A DNA stretch of 64,000 bases from an uncultured Spirochaetota bacterium (GCA_963835575.1 CAWIGG010000005.1:128001-192000), one strand, 5' to 3'; shown: positions 48,584-59,887, counted from the stretch's first letter. A program made the numbers and translations. The notes: a model not told the origin generated them from the sequence alone.

Positions 48584-49831
48584 TTAATATGATGCCCTGT
48601 TTTTATTATTCACTCTTCTGAAATATCCTATTGAATTTCCATTCCTATGGCCAGATGATTGAGGAATTGGACTACTTTGCTGAAGAGCAGGATTGCCTGC
48701 CGCGAACGGGTGGTCCTGAACAACCGCTATATTTCTCGAAATCAATCTGTTGATATCCCTCAGATACGTCTTTTCGTCAGAGTCGCAAAATGAAAGCGCA
48801 ATACCGCTCGAGCCAGCTCTCCCGGTGCGTCCGATCCGGTGCACATAGGTTTCGGGTATGTTCGGAAGTTCGTAATTGACAACATGAGAAAGAGACTCAA
48901 CATCAATTCCCCTGGCCGCGATGTCGGTCGCCACAAGCACTCTTATCTGCTTCATTTTAAAATTACGAAGGGCATTCTGCCTGGCTGCCTGGGATTTATT
49001 GCCATGGATCGCCTCCGCACGTATGCCGGCCTGAATAATTTCCCTGACGACTTTATCGGCCCCATGCTTGGTCCGGGTAAAGACAAGCGCCGATTCAATG
49101 CTTTTGTCTTTTAATAGATGAATGAGAAGAGATTTCTTATGCTGTTTCTCGACAAAATAAACAGACTGATTGATCGCGTCCACAGTGGGAGAAGCCGGGC
49201 TTATATCCACTCTTGAAGGATTGACCATCAAATTCCGCGCCAGCTTTGAAACTTCCTCCGGCATTGTTGCGGAAAAGAGCAGGGTCTGCTTCTTTGCGGG
49301 AAGTTTCGCGATGATCTTCCTGATATCCTGGATAAAGCCCATATCAAGCATACGGTCCGCTTCATCAAGCACAAAGAATTTTATATTCGCCAGATTGATA
49401 TGTCCCTGGTTCATCAGGTCCAGCAGCCTTCCTGGCGTCGCGATCAATATATCCACCCCGGCCCTTAAGGCGTTGACCTGGGAAAATTGTGAAACCCCGC
49501 CATAGACCGTTGTATGCCTGAGGCCTGTATATTTTCCATAAGCCGTAAAGCTTTCCCCGATCTGGACGGCAAGCTCCCTTGTCGGGCAGAGCAGAAGCGC
49601 CTGAATAGCTTTAGGTCTTTTTACGCCGCTTTGCTCCGTATAGAGCATCTGCAATATCGGTATGGCAAAAGCGGCTGTTTTACCAGTGCCTGTTTGAGCG
49701 CATCCGATCAAATCCTTTTTGTTCAGAATAACCGGAATGGCCTGTTCCTGGATTGGGGTCGGCTTTGTATAACCTTCGTTTTTCAAAGCCTTCGAAATTG
49801 GTTCGATCAATTTCAAGTTTTCAAATGACAT
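48584..49831 (-). CDS. rhlE: DEAD-box ATP-dependent RNA helicase (RhlE-like)
   Basis: Q motif, AQTGTGKT, PTRELA, TPGR, DEAD, SAT, ARGID, HRIGRTGR. Confidence 0.9.
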   Translation of the reverse strand: MSFENLKLIEPISKALKNEGYTKPTPIQEQAIPVILNKKDLIGCAQTGTGKTAAFAIPILQMLYTEQSGVKRPKAIQALLLCPTRELAVQIGESFTAYGKYTGLRHTTVYGGVSQFSQVNALRAGVDILIATPGRLLDLMNQGHINLANIKFFVLDEADRMLDMGFIQDIRKIIAKLPAKKQTLLFSATMPEEVSKLARNLMVNPSRVDISPASPTVDAINQSVYFVEKQHKKSLLIHLLKDKSIESALVFTRTKHGADKVVREIIQAGIRAEAIHGNKSQAARQNALRNFKMKQIRVLVATDIAARGIDVESLSHVVNYELPNIPETYVHRIGRTGRAGSSGIALSFCDSDEKTYLRDINRLISRNIAVVQDHPFAAGNPALQQSSPIPQSSGHRNGNSIGYFRRVNNKNRASY

Positions 49832-50307
49832 TTTTTTTATCTCCTTTAAAAATGCGAGTCCAATGATTTTCTTTTCATTTTCATAATTACATAATTATAA
49901 AAAAACTATGGACAACAGTCAGTTCATAACATACCGTCTGATAATTGTGAGGTTTAATTCTCCCGAAATCAGGAACCGGAAGGGTTTGCTTTTACTGACA
50001 AGAAATCTGATAGAAAGATTTATCATCCAACTCTGCGGTATTATAACCGGTAATTTAATTACTGTCAAAGAAATGGCAAGTCGATCAAACTATTATTCCC
50101 GGCTTTACCGGTAAAATAATGATTATTTCTCATCACAACTTAAAATTCCGGGATACCGACGGGGCAAAAAATTTAACACCGTCAATAAAAATAGTTTTTT
50201 GATGCTGTATAAAATAATTAATTCTATATTGCTATAATATGGTCCATTCACTAAAATAGCTATGTGAAGTTTTTCAACGATTAATTTATATTTTCCGGGA
50301 GTCATAT

Positions 50308-51201
50308 ATGTATGATGATTTTTATTTTGAGGTGGAAAAAGAATTTTACCTGGAAGCGGTGGCTCATCTTCAAAAAATGTATATCGCGGACAAGAAGTTT
50401 ATCATAGACCCAAAATACCCGTTCCCGGCCAGAAGCTATAACTTCGAAGAGCTGGAGCGTCTGCAGAAAATATTATTCCCCCTGTACTGGAATAACAAGG
50501 ATTTCTGCACTTACAAGCAGAAGCTCTATGACGAACTGCTGGATTTCGCCAGCTATCTGTTTTACGCGATCCTCTCCTATGATGAACTGAGCGGCGACGC
50601 AATCAGCAGCGCTGTTAATGTAAGCATAAAAACCCTGCCTGTGCTGGGGAAAAAATTGAGAATGGATGTGGAGGCGGCCTATCTGGGCGACCCGGCCGCG
50701 ACAAAAAATTACAGCCAGATCATCCGGACATATCCCGGGTTCAAAGCGGTTATGATCCAGAGGTTCGCCCATATTCTCTATTTAAACGGCGCCGTATCCT
50801 ATGCCAGGGAACTGACAGAAACCGTCAATTTATTAACCGGTATCGACATTCATCCGGGAGCGAAAATCGGGGACTACTTTTTTATAGATCATGGAAACGG
50901 CGTTGTTATCAGCGAGACTGTCGAGATCGGCAAATGGGTCAGAATTTACCAGGGCGTCACGCTGGGAGCTCTCATTCTTGAAAAGGACAATAAAGGCAAA
51001 TTAAAAAGGGGATACAAGCGGCATCCCACTCTTAAGGACGACGTTGTCGTCAATAACGGCGCAAAGATATTGGGACCTGTCACCATCGGAAGCAATACGG
51101 AAATAGGCCCGAACTGCTGGATTGACAGGGATATTCCTAAAGATTCCAGGACCTATCTGGATAACAAGTTTATCCTGCAGTACAAAATAATCAAGCCTTA
51201 A
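50308..51201 (+). CDS. cysE: Serine O-acetyltransferase (CysE/EpsC-like)
   Basis: DVEAAY.GDPAA, YPG, TGIDIHPGAKIG..FFIDHG.GVVI, YQGVTLG, KRHPT. Confidence 0.8.
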   Translation: MYDDFYFEVEKEFYLEAVAHLQKMYIADKKFIIDPKYPFPARSYNFEELERLQKILFPLYWNNKDFCTYKQKLYDELLDFASYLFYAILSYDELSGDAISSAVNVSIKTLPVLGKKLRMDVEAAYLGDPAATKNYSQIIRTYPGFKAVMIQRFAHILYLNGAVSYARELTETVNLLTGIDIHPGAKIGDYFFIDHGNGVVISETVEIGKWVRIYQGVTLGALILEKDNKGKLKRGYKRHPTLKDDVVVNNGAKILGPVTIGSNTEIGPNCWIDRDIPKDSRTYLDNKFILQYKIIKP

Positions 51202-51449
51202 AACCTTTAGGACAGTGCTTTTTTAAGTTGTAATACTAATTTCACATCTTTTTTTTTTAAAATTCAAATTTTTCTGAAAGAAAATCTTTATGCAATTTGT
51301 AGCTTTTATATTAAAAAAAAGCGATAATATTAGGGGTTGTTTTAATTGAAGCGAATAAAACAGCCGATTTATTATAAAAATATATTCATGGTTTAAAAAA
51401 GATTCAAATTCTTTTCTAATCCTTTGAGTAGGAAATAGGAGTATTACGT

Positions 51450-51734
51450 ATGTACCAGGACAAAAACTTGAAATGCCGCGATTGCGGAGCTGATTTTGTT
51501 TTCAGCGCTTCAGAACAGGAGTTCTATGCCCAGAAAGGCTTCCAGAATGAACCCGTCCGCTGTCCGGATTGCCGGAGAGCCAAAAAATCACAAAGCCAGG
51601 GCGGTTATGGAAGACAGGAAAGGCAGATGTATGATGTAACATGTTCTTCCTGCGGCCAGCCCGCACAGGTCCCGTTCAAACCCACGAACGACAAGCCTGT
51701 TTATTGCAGAGAGTGCTATTCTAAAAACCGCTAA
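51450..51734 (+). CDS. Zinc-ribbon protein with CxxC-x17-CxxC domain
   Basis: CRDCG..FVF...EQEFY..KGF.NEP.RCPDC and CSSCG....VPFKP...KPVYCREC. Confidence 0.9.
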   Translation: MYQDKNLKCRDCGADFVFSASEQEFYAQKGFQNEPVRCPDCRRAKKSQSQGGYGRQERQMYDVTCSSCGQPAQVPFKPTNDKPVYCRECYSKNR

Positions 51735-52168
51735 TTATTTTTAATAAAATAATACGACGTTTTTGAAAAACTATCCGCACGTGCCGCAGGCTTTTTTGCC
51801 AGCGGCTGTGCTGTGATAGTATTTTTTCTGCAATTTAAAGCAATATATTTGTTTCCCTCAATGTTTAATTTAATTGCCGCCGGAATGCGTTGAAGACAGT
51901 TTATTCGTGTTTATATTTTAAAGCATAAGCATTGTTTTTAAAGACCATCCCTGTCAATTATTTTTTTACAATGAAACTTAAAGAAAACAGAAAGTGATAT
52001 ATCAAAACCGATAGAAAACCCCTCGTAAATAAAATTCCATTCAATCTAAATCAAAAAGCTAAAAATATCTAATTCTTTTATCAGCAGCAAATTATATTTT
52101 TGTTTTTATACCTGGTACACTATTTGCTTATAATAACCATGAATTTTAATTTAACAGGAGATTCAATT

Positions 52169-52834
52169 ATGAAAGGCAAATGGTTTTTAGCCCTAATGCC
52201 AGTTTTACTTCTTCAGAGCTGTGTTCTGCTTCTTAAAGACAATATATCCGGTTCCGGCAGAGTTACCACCGAATCCCGGGCTGTCAGCGGAATAAACGGG
52301 ATGGAACTGAACGCTATAGGCGAAGCACAGGTCGTTGTCGGCAGCGCTGAAGCTTTAGTTGTCGAGGCTGAAGACAATCTTATGCAATATATTACAACTG
52401 AAGTCGTAAACGGCAGACTAAAATTAGATATCAGCCGGAATGTTACTATCAGCCCGACCAGACCGATCCGCTATACAATTATTGTAAAAGATATTAATGA
52501 CGCCGTAATTAACGGTTCCGGTGATATCAGTATTTCCGGTATCAGTGAAAACAGCATGAACTTGAACATAAACGGTTCGGGTTCTATTAATGCTTCAGGG
52601 GATTGTGTCTATCTCAATACTGATATAGCAGGGTCAGGTTCCATTAACGCTTCCGACCTGATGGCAAATATAGTGAATACCGATATCAGCGGATCAGGAA
52701 GCGCCACGGTGTGGGCATCAGACAACTTAAACGCCTTAATTTCCGGGAGCGGTAATATTAATTACTATGGAAATCCCAATGTTACCAAGAACATCACAGG
52801 TTCAGGATCGGTCCATTTTCTTGGATATAAATAA
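52169..52834 (+). CDS. Lipoprotein with head GIN (DUF2807-like) domain
   Basis: Lipobox LLQSC; repeated I.GSG.I units; GGAG RBS before ATG 52169. Confidence 0.8.
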   Translation: MKGKWFLALMPVLLLQSCVLLLKDNISGSGRVTTESRAVSGINGMELNAIGEAQVVVGSAEALVVEAEDNLMQYITTEVVNGRLKLDISRNVTISPTRPIRYTIIVKDINDAVINGSGDISISGISENSMNLNINGSGSINASGDCVYLNTDIAGSGSINASDLMANIVNTDISGSGSATVWASDNLNALISGSGNINYYGNPNVTKNITGSGSVHFLGYK

Positions 52835-52858
52835 AACCTTAAACTCTCTCTCAACCTC

Positions 52859-52889
52859 AAAGCCCGGCGGCTTCATTCTGCCGGGCTTT
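52859..52889. terminator. Intrinsic terminator
   Basis: aaagcccggc...gccgggcttt between convergent genes. Confidence 0.65.
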
Positions 52890-52957
52890 ATTTATTTTCT
52901 TAATTAAAGAAAAAAACATATACTGAAAAAAATATTTTTTATATAAATAAAGAATAA

Positions 52958-54646
52958 TCAGGCGATCGGGCCATATTGAATGACATTTTCTTCCGGCGAT
53001 TCGAAAAATCTGGCGTTCGTTATTTCCTTTTCAATTTCCAGTTTGCTTTTCTTAATATTCAGTACCGTTCCAGGATAGATCTTATCCTTAATGATAATAA
53101 CAGGTTCCTCTTCGAGTATCAGCTTCTGCTCAATTTTAGAAACCTGTTCCATCAACTCTTTAACTTTTTTATTAATATTCGATTCCTCAGAGAGCAATTC
53201 CAAACAAAGGATTTTTTTAACTTCGGGCAGGCTTTCGACATATTTTTTCGGATCTTCAAATAACTGCGACCCGAAAGTGGCCGTCAGCTTAGTCATCACC
53301 GTTTGGAGCAGGTCCTTCTGGCGGTTCATGACACTCCTGACAGATTCAAGCTCGCGCTCCAGCTCAAGGTTTCTGCCGACGGTAAGTACTGTGTTTGAAA
53401 CAGTTTCCGAGCCTGCTGAATTAACCTCAATTTTATAAAGCGCGATGGTCTCGCCGCCCAGGATCCTGCCATGAGCGCTTGAGACAATTACTTTCTTATT
53501 TGAAAAGACCTTGCTGTTGATAATGGAATCCTCAGCCATTATTTCACCGCCGGCTTCCACATGTGCATTCTGGATAAATTTCGCGCTGACGCTGCCGGCC
53601 GCCTTGATGATTTCGGGACCTTTACCGGAAATACCCATTTTCACCGTTATATTCCCGCCTGCTTCAATAGCCGCTTCATCCACGCTTTGTTCTATAAGAA
53701 TATCGCCCCTCGATTTTACTGAAAAACTGGGGTGTACGCTGCCTTTTATAATAACCGACCCGTTATAATCTATATTTCCCCTCTCGTAATTCACATCACC
53801 GCTGATCGTTAATACTGCTTTGACCGATACCCTTTTTTTGTCGATTTCCAGATAGCCGTCAATAGCCGAAACATATATTTCCGGGTTATTTACCGAAGGG
53901 CTAATATTATCTCCCGCTTCATAACCTTCTACCATTTCGTTAACCGCAGCGACTTTATTTCCGAAGATATCTGTCCCGTCCGAAGGCTGCACTTCCATAT
54001 GCCTCTGTAATACTTCTTCCCCTTGAGAAACCTGGATAATAGAACCCTGATCTTTAAAATCTATTTTTCCGTCAAGCTGCAGTTTTCCCGCTTTTCTGGT
54101 CGTATCGATCAATAATGTATAATACTCCGGCTTTCCATTGACGGGTTCCTGCATTGACTGCGCTATTTTTACTTTAGTTATTTGCCGAACGGCGGGATCG
54201 ATTTTTAAAATCTCCGCCTTGATAATTTCAGGATCAACCGGGGCAGTGATTTTATTTTCTGAAATCACCGCGCCGATATCATCGTAATCGGAAAGCTTGC
54301 CGTTATTTGCAGGATGGATAAGATAATACGCTTTTGTTTTATCTTTTGTTATCTGGAATGGGATAATAAGATGCAGTCCTTTAATGCTGTCATTAACGAT
54401 AAATCCATACTGCTTTGCCCTGTAATTTTTAGCTGTTTCATCAAAGTGAATGCCGGCCCCAGTTTTCAGCTGGAAAAACGGGACGATAGAATGATAAGGA
54501 TATGCCGGGTCTGCAAACCTTTCCGCATCCTCCGGACTATTTGCTTCCGCTAATTCGGCTATCAAGTCATCCTCCGCCACAAAATTGTGATGGCCTGAAA
54601 GGACCGTATGGGTTTCACCCGCTTCATTCCGGTCTTCGACAAACAT
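52958..54646 (-). CDS. FapA (DUF342) family flagellar assembly protein
   Basis: G.IDFKD, DGTDIFG, GDVNYERGNIDYNGSV.IKG, AKFIQNA.VEAG, G.ILGG and IYPGT motifs. Confidence 0.85.
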   Translation of the reverse strand: MFVEDRNEAGETHTVLSGHHNFVAEDDLIAELAEANSPEDAERFADPAYPYHSIVPFFQLKTGAGIHFDETAKNYRAKQYGFIVNDSIKGLHLIIPFQITKDKTKAYYLIHPANNGKLSDYDDIGAVISENKITAPVDPEIIKAEILKIDPAVRQITKVKIAQSMQEPVNGKPEYYTLLIDTTRKAGKLQLDGKIDFKDQGSIIQVSQGEEVLQRHMEVQPSDGTDIFGNKVAAVNEMVEGYEAGDNISPSVNNPEIYVSAIDGYLEIDKKRVSVKAVLTISGDVNYERGNIDYNGSVIIKGSVHPSFSVKSRGDILIEQSVDEAAIEAGGNITVKMGISGKGPEIIKAAGSVSAKFIQNAHVEAGGEIMAEDSIINSKVFSNKKVIVSSAHGRILGGETIALYKIEVNSAGSETVSNTVLTVGRNLELERELESVRSVMNRQKDLLQTVMTKLTATFGSQLFEDPKKYVESLPEVKKILCLELLSEESNINKKVKELMEQVSKIEQKLILEEEPVIIIKDKIYPGTVLNIKKSKLEIEKEITNARFFESPEENVIQYGPIA

Positions 54647-54899
54647 GCGGCTGATACTTCTGTCAATATAAAAAATAAGCAGTTTTATTTTATTACCCTC
54701 AATAGCTTATATATAATCATCGGTATTTAATATCTGCTTCTTACCACCAAATAATATCTTATATGGATTGAGTAGAATTATCAATAGTTATTTCTAATAA
54801 TGATATCTAAAACTTTGAAATCCTTTTTATTGCCTGAAATGTGGCAAAAAACAGCAAATTCAATTAAGATAAATATTGTTTTAAAAAGGAGGATTAATT

Positions 54900-55313
54900 A
54901 TGGCGGTCACAGGGTTCGCTCATTTATGCATTCATACAAAAGACCTTGAGGAATGCGGGAAATTTTACTGTGATATACTGGGGTTCAAAAAGGTATTTAA
55001 TTTCACGAAAAACGGAAAATTAACCGGTTTTTATGTCCGGATCAGTAAAAATACATTCATGGAATTCTTCCAGGACGATCATGACTATAAAGAGAAATCA
55101 TCTATAGCGCATTTCTGCCTGGAAACGGATAATATCGGGAAAATGAAAAAGCATCTGGCGGAGCATTCGGTTCAAACGACTGAAATAAAACTCGGCGTCG
55201 ATAACACCTATCAATTCTGGTTCAAGGACCCGAACGGCCTCGATATCGAGTTCCATCAATACACAGGCAAAAGTTCACAGAGAACAAAAAAGGATGTGGA
55301 AATAGACTGGTAG
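54900..55313 (+). CDS. VOC/glyoxalase family protein
   Basis: AHLCI..KDLE....FY.DILG, HFCL, FKDPNG..IEF. Confidence 0.9.
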   Translation: MAVTGFAHLCIHTKDLEECGKFYCDILGFKKVFNFTKNGKLTGFYVRISKNTFMEFFQDDHDYKEKSSIAHFCLETDNIGKMKKHLAEHSVQTTEIKLGVDNTYQFWFKDPNGLDIEFHQYTGKSSQRTKKDVEIDW

Positions 55314-55322
55314 AATTTCATA

Positions 55323-56108
55323 CTAAGTCTGATCGGCAAAACGCCACCAGGCAAATGTGCCGGCCAGCCCCAGAACGCTAGTCAAAATCAGTATCATATA
55401 GTTTATGAGAGTGAGTGATTCCGCGCTTTCGGACCCCGCCGCGCCGCTGTAAAGCATCGGTATTGCCCATGGAACATATTGCGAAAAACCCAGCGCGCCG
55501 GCAAATTGCGCCAGCGCCATTGTGAGAACCACATAAGCCATGGGAGGCAGATATCCCCGGCCGGAACTCGCAAAAAACGCTACCGGCGTACAGAGTATTA
55601 TTGTAAGTAAAGAAGCTATGGAATATAAATACGCGTTATGAAAAGCCAGTGCGGCTGACCATCCCGGAATATCGATTATCAATCCGACCAACAGACTTAT
55701 TATCAATAAAATAACTGAAAGCAGGGCGCACCAGACTGCCGCAACAATAAATTTTGAAAAAACGATGGCCGATCGCGAGACCGGCAGCGAAAGGAGGTCT
55801 TTGACGGTACGGTCGGAATATTCCCGCCCGAAAGCCCAAGAAAACACAAAACCGTACCCGATCAATCCCAGCGCGGACGCCGCCATATTGAGTATCCCGA
55901 AATAATTCGGCCAGTCGGCCTTTCCCAGCAAACGCGCTTTGGTACCCAAGAGTCCTAATTTATATGCAAGTTCCGGATTTTTTGAAACCCATAACAAAAA
56001 ACCCATCATAACCGCTATGACAGAATAAGCCAGCAGGGTTGCCGGAAACATTTTGGATTTGATTATTTTCATGCTTTCAGCCCGGAGGGCCGCAGACATG
56101 CTTTTCAT
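55323..56108 (-). CDS. ABC-2 type permease (BcrB/lantibiotic immunity-like)
   Basis: FGREYSDRT.KDLL.LPVSR..IV.SKF; six TM helices. Confidence 0.85.
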   Translation of the reverse strand: MKSMSAALRAESMKIIKSKMFPATLLAYSVIAVMMGFLLWVSKNPELAYKLGLLGTKARLLGKADWPNYFGILNMAASALGLIGYGFVFSWAFGREYSDRTVKDLLSLPVSRSAIVFSKFIVAAVWCALLSVILLIISLLVGLIIDIPGWSAALAFHNAYLYSIASLLTIILCTPVAFFASSGRGYLPPMAYVVLTMALAQFAGALGFSQYVPWAIPMLYSGAAGSESAESLTLINYMILILTSVLGLAGTFAWWRFADQT

Positions 56109-57040
56109 TGTACGCCTCCATTCACGCCGATTATTCTTAAAAAATAACTCTCCAGGTCTTCTTCCTCGACGTTTAAAAGCGACGGCGGCAGTCCGGAATG
56201 GACTAAGAAAGCCGCTATTTCCTCGGGATGGTTGAGGGCTTTTTCTCCTGTTATTTCCAGGATGCCTTCATTGGTCTGGTTAACTGAATATCCCTCATTT
56301 TTCAATTTAATTCCGGCGGCTGTATTATCAATTGTTTTAATAAGAAGACGCCTCCGGCGGAGTTTGTCCAGACTGTCAGCGTCCGCTTCCTGCAAAAGCC
56401 TGCCTTTATGAATAATACCGATGCGGGTGGCAAACCTGGAGATCTCGCCCAGGATATGGCTGGAAATAAATATGGTGACCCCCTGGTTAAAAGCAAGGTC
56501 CTTGAGCATTTCCCGTATCTCGACAATTCCGGCGGGATCGAGCCCGTTGGAAGGCTCATCCAGGATCAGTATTTCAGGCTTGTGAATCAGGGCCCTGGCC
56601 AGCCCGAGCCTCTGGGCGTTGCCCAGGGAAAGATTCCTTGCCTTTATTTCAGAATATTCTCCCAGCTTCATTCTTTCAATGATTGAATCAATGGAATGTT
56701 TATCTTTTATTAAACGGAGCCTGCGGGTTATTTCCAGGTTCTCCCGGACGGTCAGGTCGGGATACGAATAGGGTATTTCCACAAGAAAGCCGACGCTGTT
56801 CCATAACCCGAAATTCCCTCCGCGGACACGCCTGTTGCATAAAAAAGATGCGCCCGATGACGGACGGACCATGCCTAGGAGCATCCGGATGGTTGTAGTC
56901 TTTCCCGCGCCGTTCAAGCCGAGGAAACCGTAAATCTCGCCTTTTCCGACACGGAGTGATATGCCGTCCGCCGCATGGACCTTTCCGTAGTATTTTGAAA
57001 GATTTTCAGTCCTGATGATTTCATCCATAAAGAACCTCAC
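56105..57040 (-). CDS. ABC transporter ATP-binding protein (BcrA-like)
   Basis: GLNGAGKTT, LSLG..QRLG, LILDEP.NGLDP, SSHIL. Confidence 0.9.
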   Translation of the reverse strand: MRFFMDEIIRTENLSKYYGKVHAADGISLRVGKGEIYGFLGLNGAGKTTTIRMLLGMVRPSSGASFLCNRRVRGGNFGLWNSVGFLVEIPYSYPDLTVRENLEITRRLRLIKDKHSIDSIIERMKLGEYSEIKARNLSLGNAQRLGLARALIHKPEILILDEPSNGLDPAGIVEIREMLKDLAFNQGVTIFISSHILGEISRFATRIGIIHKGRLLQEADADSLDKLRRRRLLIKTIDNTAAGIKLKNEGYSVNQTNEGILEITGEKALNHPEEIAAFLVHSGLPPSLLNVEEEDLESYFLRIIGVNGGVQ

Positions 57041-57249
57041 TGTTTTTTTAAACCTAAGAAAATTCCGGGAAAAAAAACATATTAAACCTCTTTTTTTACC
57101 TATTAATTATTTTCCCTCTCTCTCCATACCGGAACTGATTCGAAGTACACATTTGAAGATATGCAAGTGATGGAAATTCCTCAAAGCGGCGGGAAATCGT
57201 GTAATGGCTGCCCAATCAATGTGTGATTTCCAGTTCTCAGGGAATTTAA

Positions 57250-58461
57250 TTATAATTGCCGGAGCGCTTCAGCAGGAGACATTTTTCTCGCGCGTCTTGC
57301 CGGTATACATGCAGATATGGCTGAAACAATAATGGCCATTATAATGGCGATAAATAAAACCTGAATATCCGCAGAAGGATAAATGATCATATTTATCGGT
57401 ATTTCTCTATTCTTCACCATACTGCTGAAATTAAGCCCTTTTACGGATGAATAAATGGTTAACAAATAACCCAGCAGGCTGCCGGATATACCGCCAAAAC
57501 ATCCGATAAAAATTCCTTCCAGTGTGAAATTAAAGAAAATGTCGCGGTCGGTCATTCCCAGCGCTTTCAAAGTACCGATTTCCTTCATTCTTTCATAAAC
57601 ACTCATAACCATAGTATTAACAATTACAAACGAAGCAAGCAGAAGGATTAACAGGAACAGGATATAAAAGGCATATAGAGTTTTCAACATGATATTGTAA
57701 AGTCCGCCGGTCTGTTGATCGGGGTCCTGTATAACCATTCCGGCAGGCAGCATTTTCCGGATTTCATTCTGCACCCTGGAAAGGTCAGCTTTCTTGCCGG
57801 TAAAGATAGTGAGCTCTGTTATTCCATTTTGCATCTTGAGAAGTTTGCGCGCATTCTGAAGGTCTATAAAGAGAGTCCGTTTATCGATCATGCTGATACC
57901 AAAGCTGATAATTCCCTTTATTTTGAGCTTAATTCCGTTAAGTCCTCTTTCGGCGGTCGATGTAACCAATAAAATATCGTCGCCGATTTTAATCTTCATT
58001 TTTTCAGCCAGGCCCTCGCAGATATAAAGCCCTTCATCATCCAGTTTTCCCTGAGTTAATTTGTTTTCCAGATCAAAATATTTACTCCTGAGGTCCGCCC
58101 CCACTCCCAATGCCGGCTGCGTATTTTCTCCTTTTCCCAGAACGATGGCAAACCGGACCCGTTCTTCTACTAATAAGACACCCTTAATTTTACTGATTTT
58201 TACGGCTAAATCACCCGAATTGGGGATATAATCATCCACCGGCAGATAGCGTTCATATCTGACATAATCGGCAGTAGTCACCTTAAAATTCCCGGTCGTG
58301 TAATTAATAGTATTCCTCAAGACTCCGTTTACAGTACCGTTAAAAAAACCAATTCCAAATGTTACGGCAATCGTCGCAATGAAAACGGACAATGCCGTCA
58401 GCAGCGACCTTTTTTTATTCCGTAAGACATTCCTGACAGCGAATTTAATTAATGTAAACAC
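57250..58461 (-). CDS. FtsX/LolE-type ABC permease (pair 3, second gene)
   Basis: RNKKRSLLT; ER.KEIGTLKALGM; PARRA.KM.PAEALR; GTG start after GGGG. Confidence 0.85.
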   Translation of the reverse strand: MFTLIKFAVRNVLRNKKRSLLTALSVFIATIAVTFGIGFFNGTVNGVLRNTINYTTGNFKVTTADYVRYERYLPVDDYIPNSGDLAVKISKIKGVLLVEERVRFAIVLGKGENTQPALGVGADLRSKYFDLENKLTQGKLDDEGLYICEGLAEKMKIKIGDDILLVTSTAERGLNGIKLKIKGIISFGISMIDKRTLFIDLQNARKLLKMQNGITELTIFTGKKADLSRVQNEIRKMLPAGMVIQDPDQQTGGLYNIMLKTLYAFYILFLLILLLASFVIVNTMVMSVYERMKEIGTLKALGMTDRDIFFNFTLEGIFIGCFGGISGSLLGYLLTIYSSVKGLNFSSMVKNREIPINMIIYPSADIQVLFIAIIMAIIVSAISACIPARRARKMSPAEALRQL

Positions 58462-58471
58462 ATCTTCCCCC

Positions 58472-59692
58472 TTATTGGACTTTTTTAAGGCAATCGGCGA
58501 TTTCCAGCCTTGTCGCTTTTCTGGCGGGATAGTAGCTGGCAAGCGCGCTGAAAATAACTCCTACAATAAAGGGTCCCGCGATGGTCCCCGGGTCTAATTT
58601 AAATTTGACGATCCCCAGGACATTAAATCCGCTAATATTAGTGGTGCCGAAAATTGAAGTAATATCCAATCCTACTAAAGCCGGATAAAGGCATATAATA
58701 ATACCGCACAGGATCCCGAATAAACTTCCAAAAAAGCCTATCATAAATCCCTCTAAAACAAAAAGGGTCTGGACTTCCCCATCGGTCATACCGAGGGCTT
58801 TCATAGTGCCGATTTCACGCTGCTTCTGATAAACCGATATGAGCATCGTGTTAATAATACCGATCAGTCCGATAATTGCTATGAAGAACAGAAAAATACT
58901 AAAAATCTTTTCTCTGCTTTGCGTCTGGACAACCGTGTCCTCGCCCATCTTGATCCAATCATAGATATTATATCCCGGCAGCGACATTTTTAAATCGGGT
59001 TCAAACCGGGCGTATTTGTGATAGTCTATTGTCTTAATCGCTATTTCCGAAACGCTATCGCTGTTCAAAAACATTAAAGCTTCATTCAGATTGATAAAAA
59101 CTGCCGAATTATCCACCTGCGGATCCGGAGAGCTTATCAGACCGGTAATTTCAAGATCTATGGAGTCGATCGTATTCTGGCTGTTATGGAAAGTGATATA
59201 GACGGTATCTCCGACAGCAATGTTTAAGTTACTGGCCAGTATTTTCCCGATAACTGCGCCTCCGGGCCGAAGATTCCCTTCATAGATAAAATTAGTAAGC
59301 GAGAAAACCGAATTATCGGTTATCAGGTTGATTCCGGTAGCAATGATTGGAGCAGATACTCTTCCATTATCCAGGTCCGCTGTAAACTGGACCCTTTCGG
59401 TATAGGACTTGATGTAGGATTTGGTTCTGAGGACAGCCTCTACGGAACGGTAGTTGCTAATAAAATTACTGAGATCATAAGGGCTGTCTTCATCGAATGT
59501 CATACTGCGGATCTTAAAATCCCCGGATTCAAACTGAATCTGGTTTTCAAAAGCCTGTGTGCTGAGGCCCTTTATAAATCCCATCATCAGGATATAAAGA
59601 GCAATACCGGCTGATAAAATAATGAATGTCAATAGAGTCCTGCGCTTATACCGCAGGATATTTTTAAGCGCCATTGAAAAAATGAATTTCAT
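58472..59692 (-). CDS. FtsX/LolE-type ABC permease (pair 3, first gene)
   Basis: RYKRRTLLT; REIGTMKALGM; YYPARKA. Confidence 0.85.
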   Translation of the reverse strand: MKFIFSMALKNILRYKRRTLLTFIILSAGIALYILMMGFIKGLSTQAFENQIQFESGDFKIRSMTFDEDSPYDLSNFISNYRSVEAVLRTKSYIKSYTERVQFTADLDNGRVSAPIIATGINLITDNSVFSLTNFIYEGNLRPGGAVIGKILASNLNIAVGDTVYITFHNSQNTIDSIDLEITGLISSPDPQVDNSAVFINLNEALMFLNSDSVSEIAIKTIDYHKYARFEPDLKMSLPGYNIYDWIKMGEDTVVQTQSREKIFSIFLFFIAIIGLIGIINTMLISVYQKQREIGTMKALGMTDGEVQTLFVLEGFMIGFFGSLFGILCGIIICLYPALVGLDITSIFGTTNISGFNVLGIVKFKLDPGTIAGPFIVGVIFSALASYYPARKATRLEIADCLKKVQ

Positions 59693-59744
59693 AGGAACTC
59701 CATGTATTACAATTTATATATTGCTCGCGTTTGGTTCAAAAGCT

Positions 59745-59887
59745 GTCATTGCGAGTACCTGGTTTTTTCTTAGCAATTGACTATCGCACGAAGCAATCTG
59801 TCGATAAAAAAAGCTAAGTTAACGTGCAGATAGATTGCTTCGCTTTAAAATATTCGGCAGAATATAAAGTCGGATGCTCGCAATGAC
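59745..59887. repeat. Palindromic element gtcattgcgag...cgaagcaatct/agattgcttcg...ctcgcaatgac, copy 1
   Basis: Two nested perfect inverted pairs; second copy at 62460-62625. Confidence 0.8.

Noticed and set aside
54647..54750. Upstream extension of the FapA ORF
   Set aside because: The frame stays open for only about 20 codons before an in-frame TAA and I found no convincing start or RBS; it cannot be resolved without homologs.
57125..57245. Possible riboswitch or leader upstream of the BcrA-like ABC genes
   Set aside because: Only weak pairing (gaactg/cagttc) and no match to an aptamer consensus I recognise.
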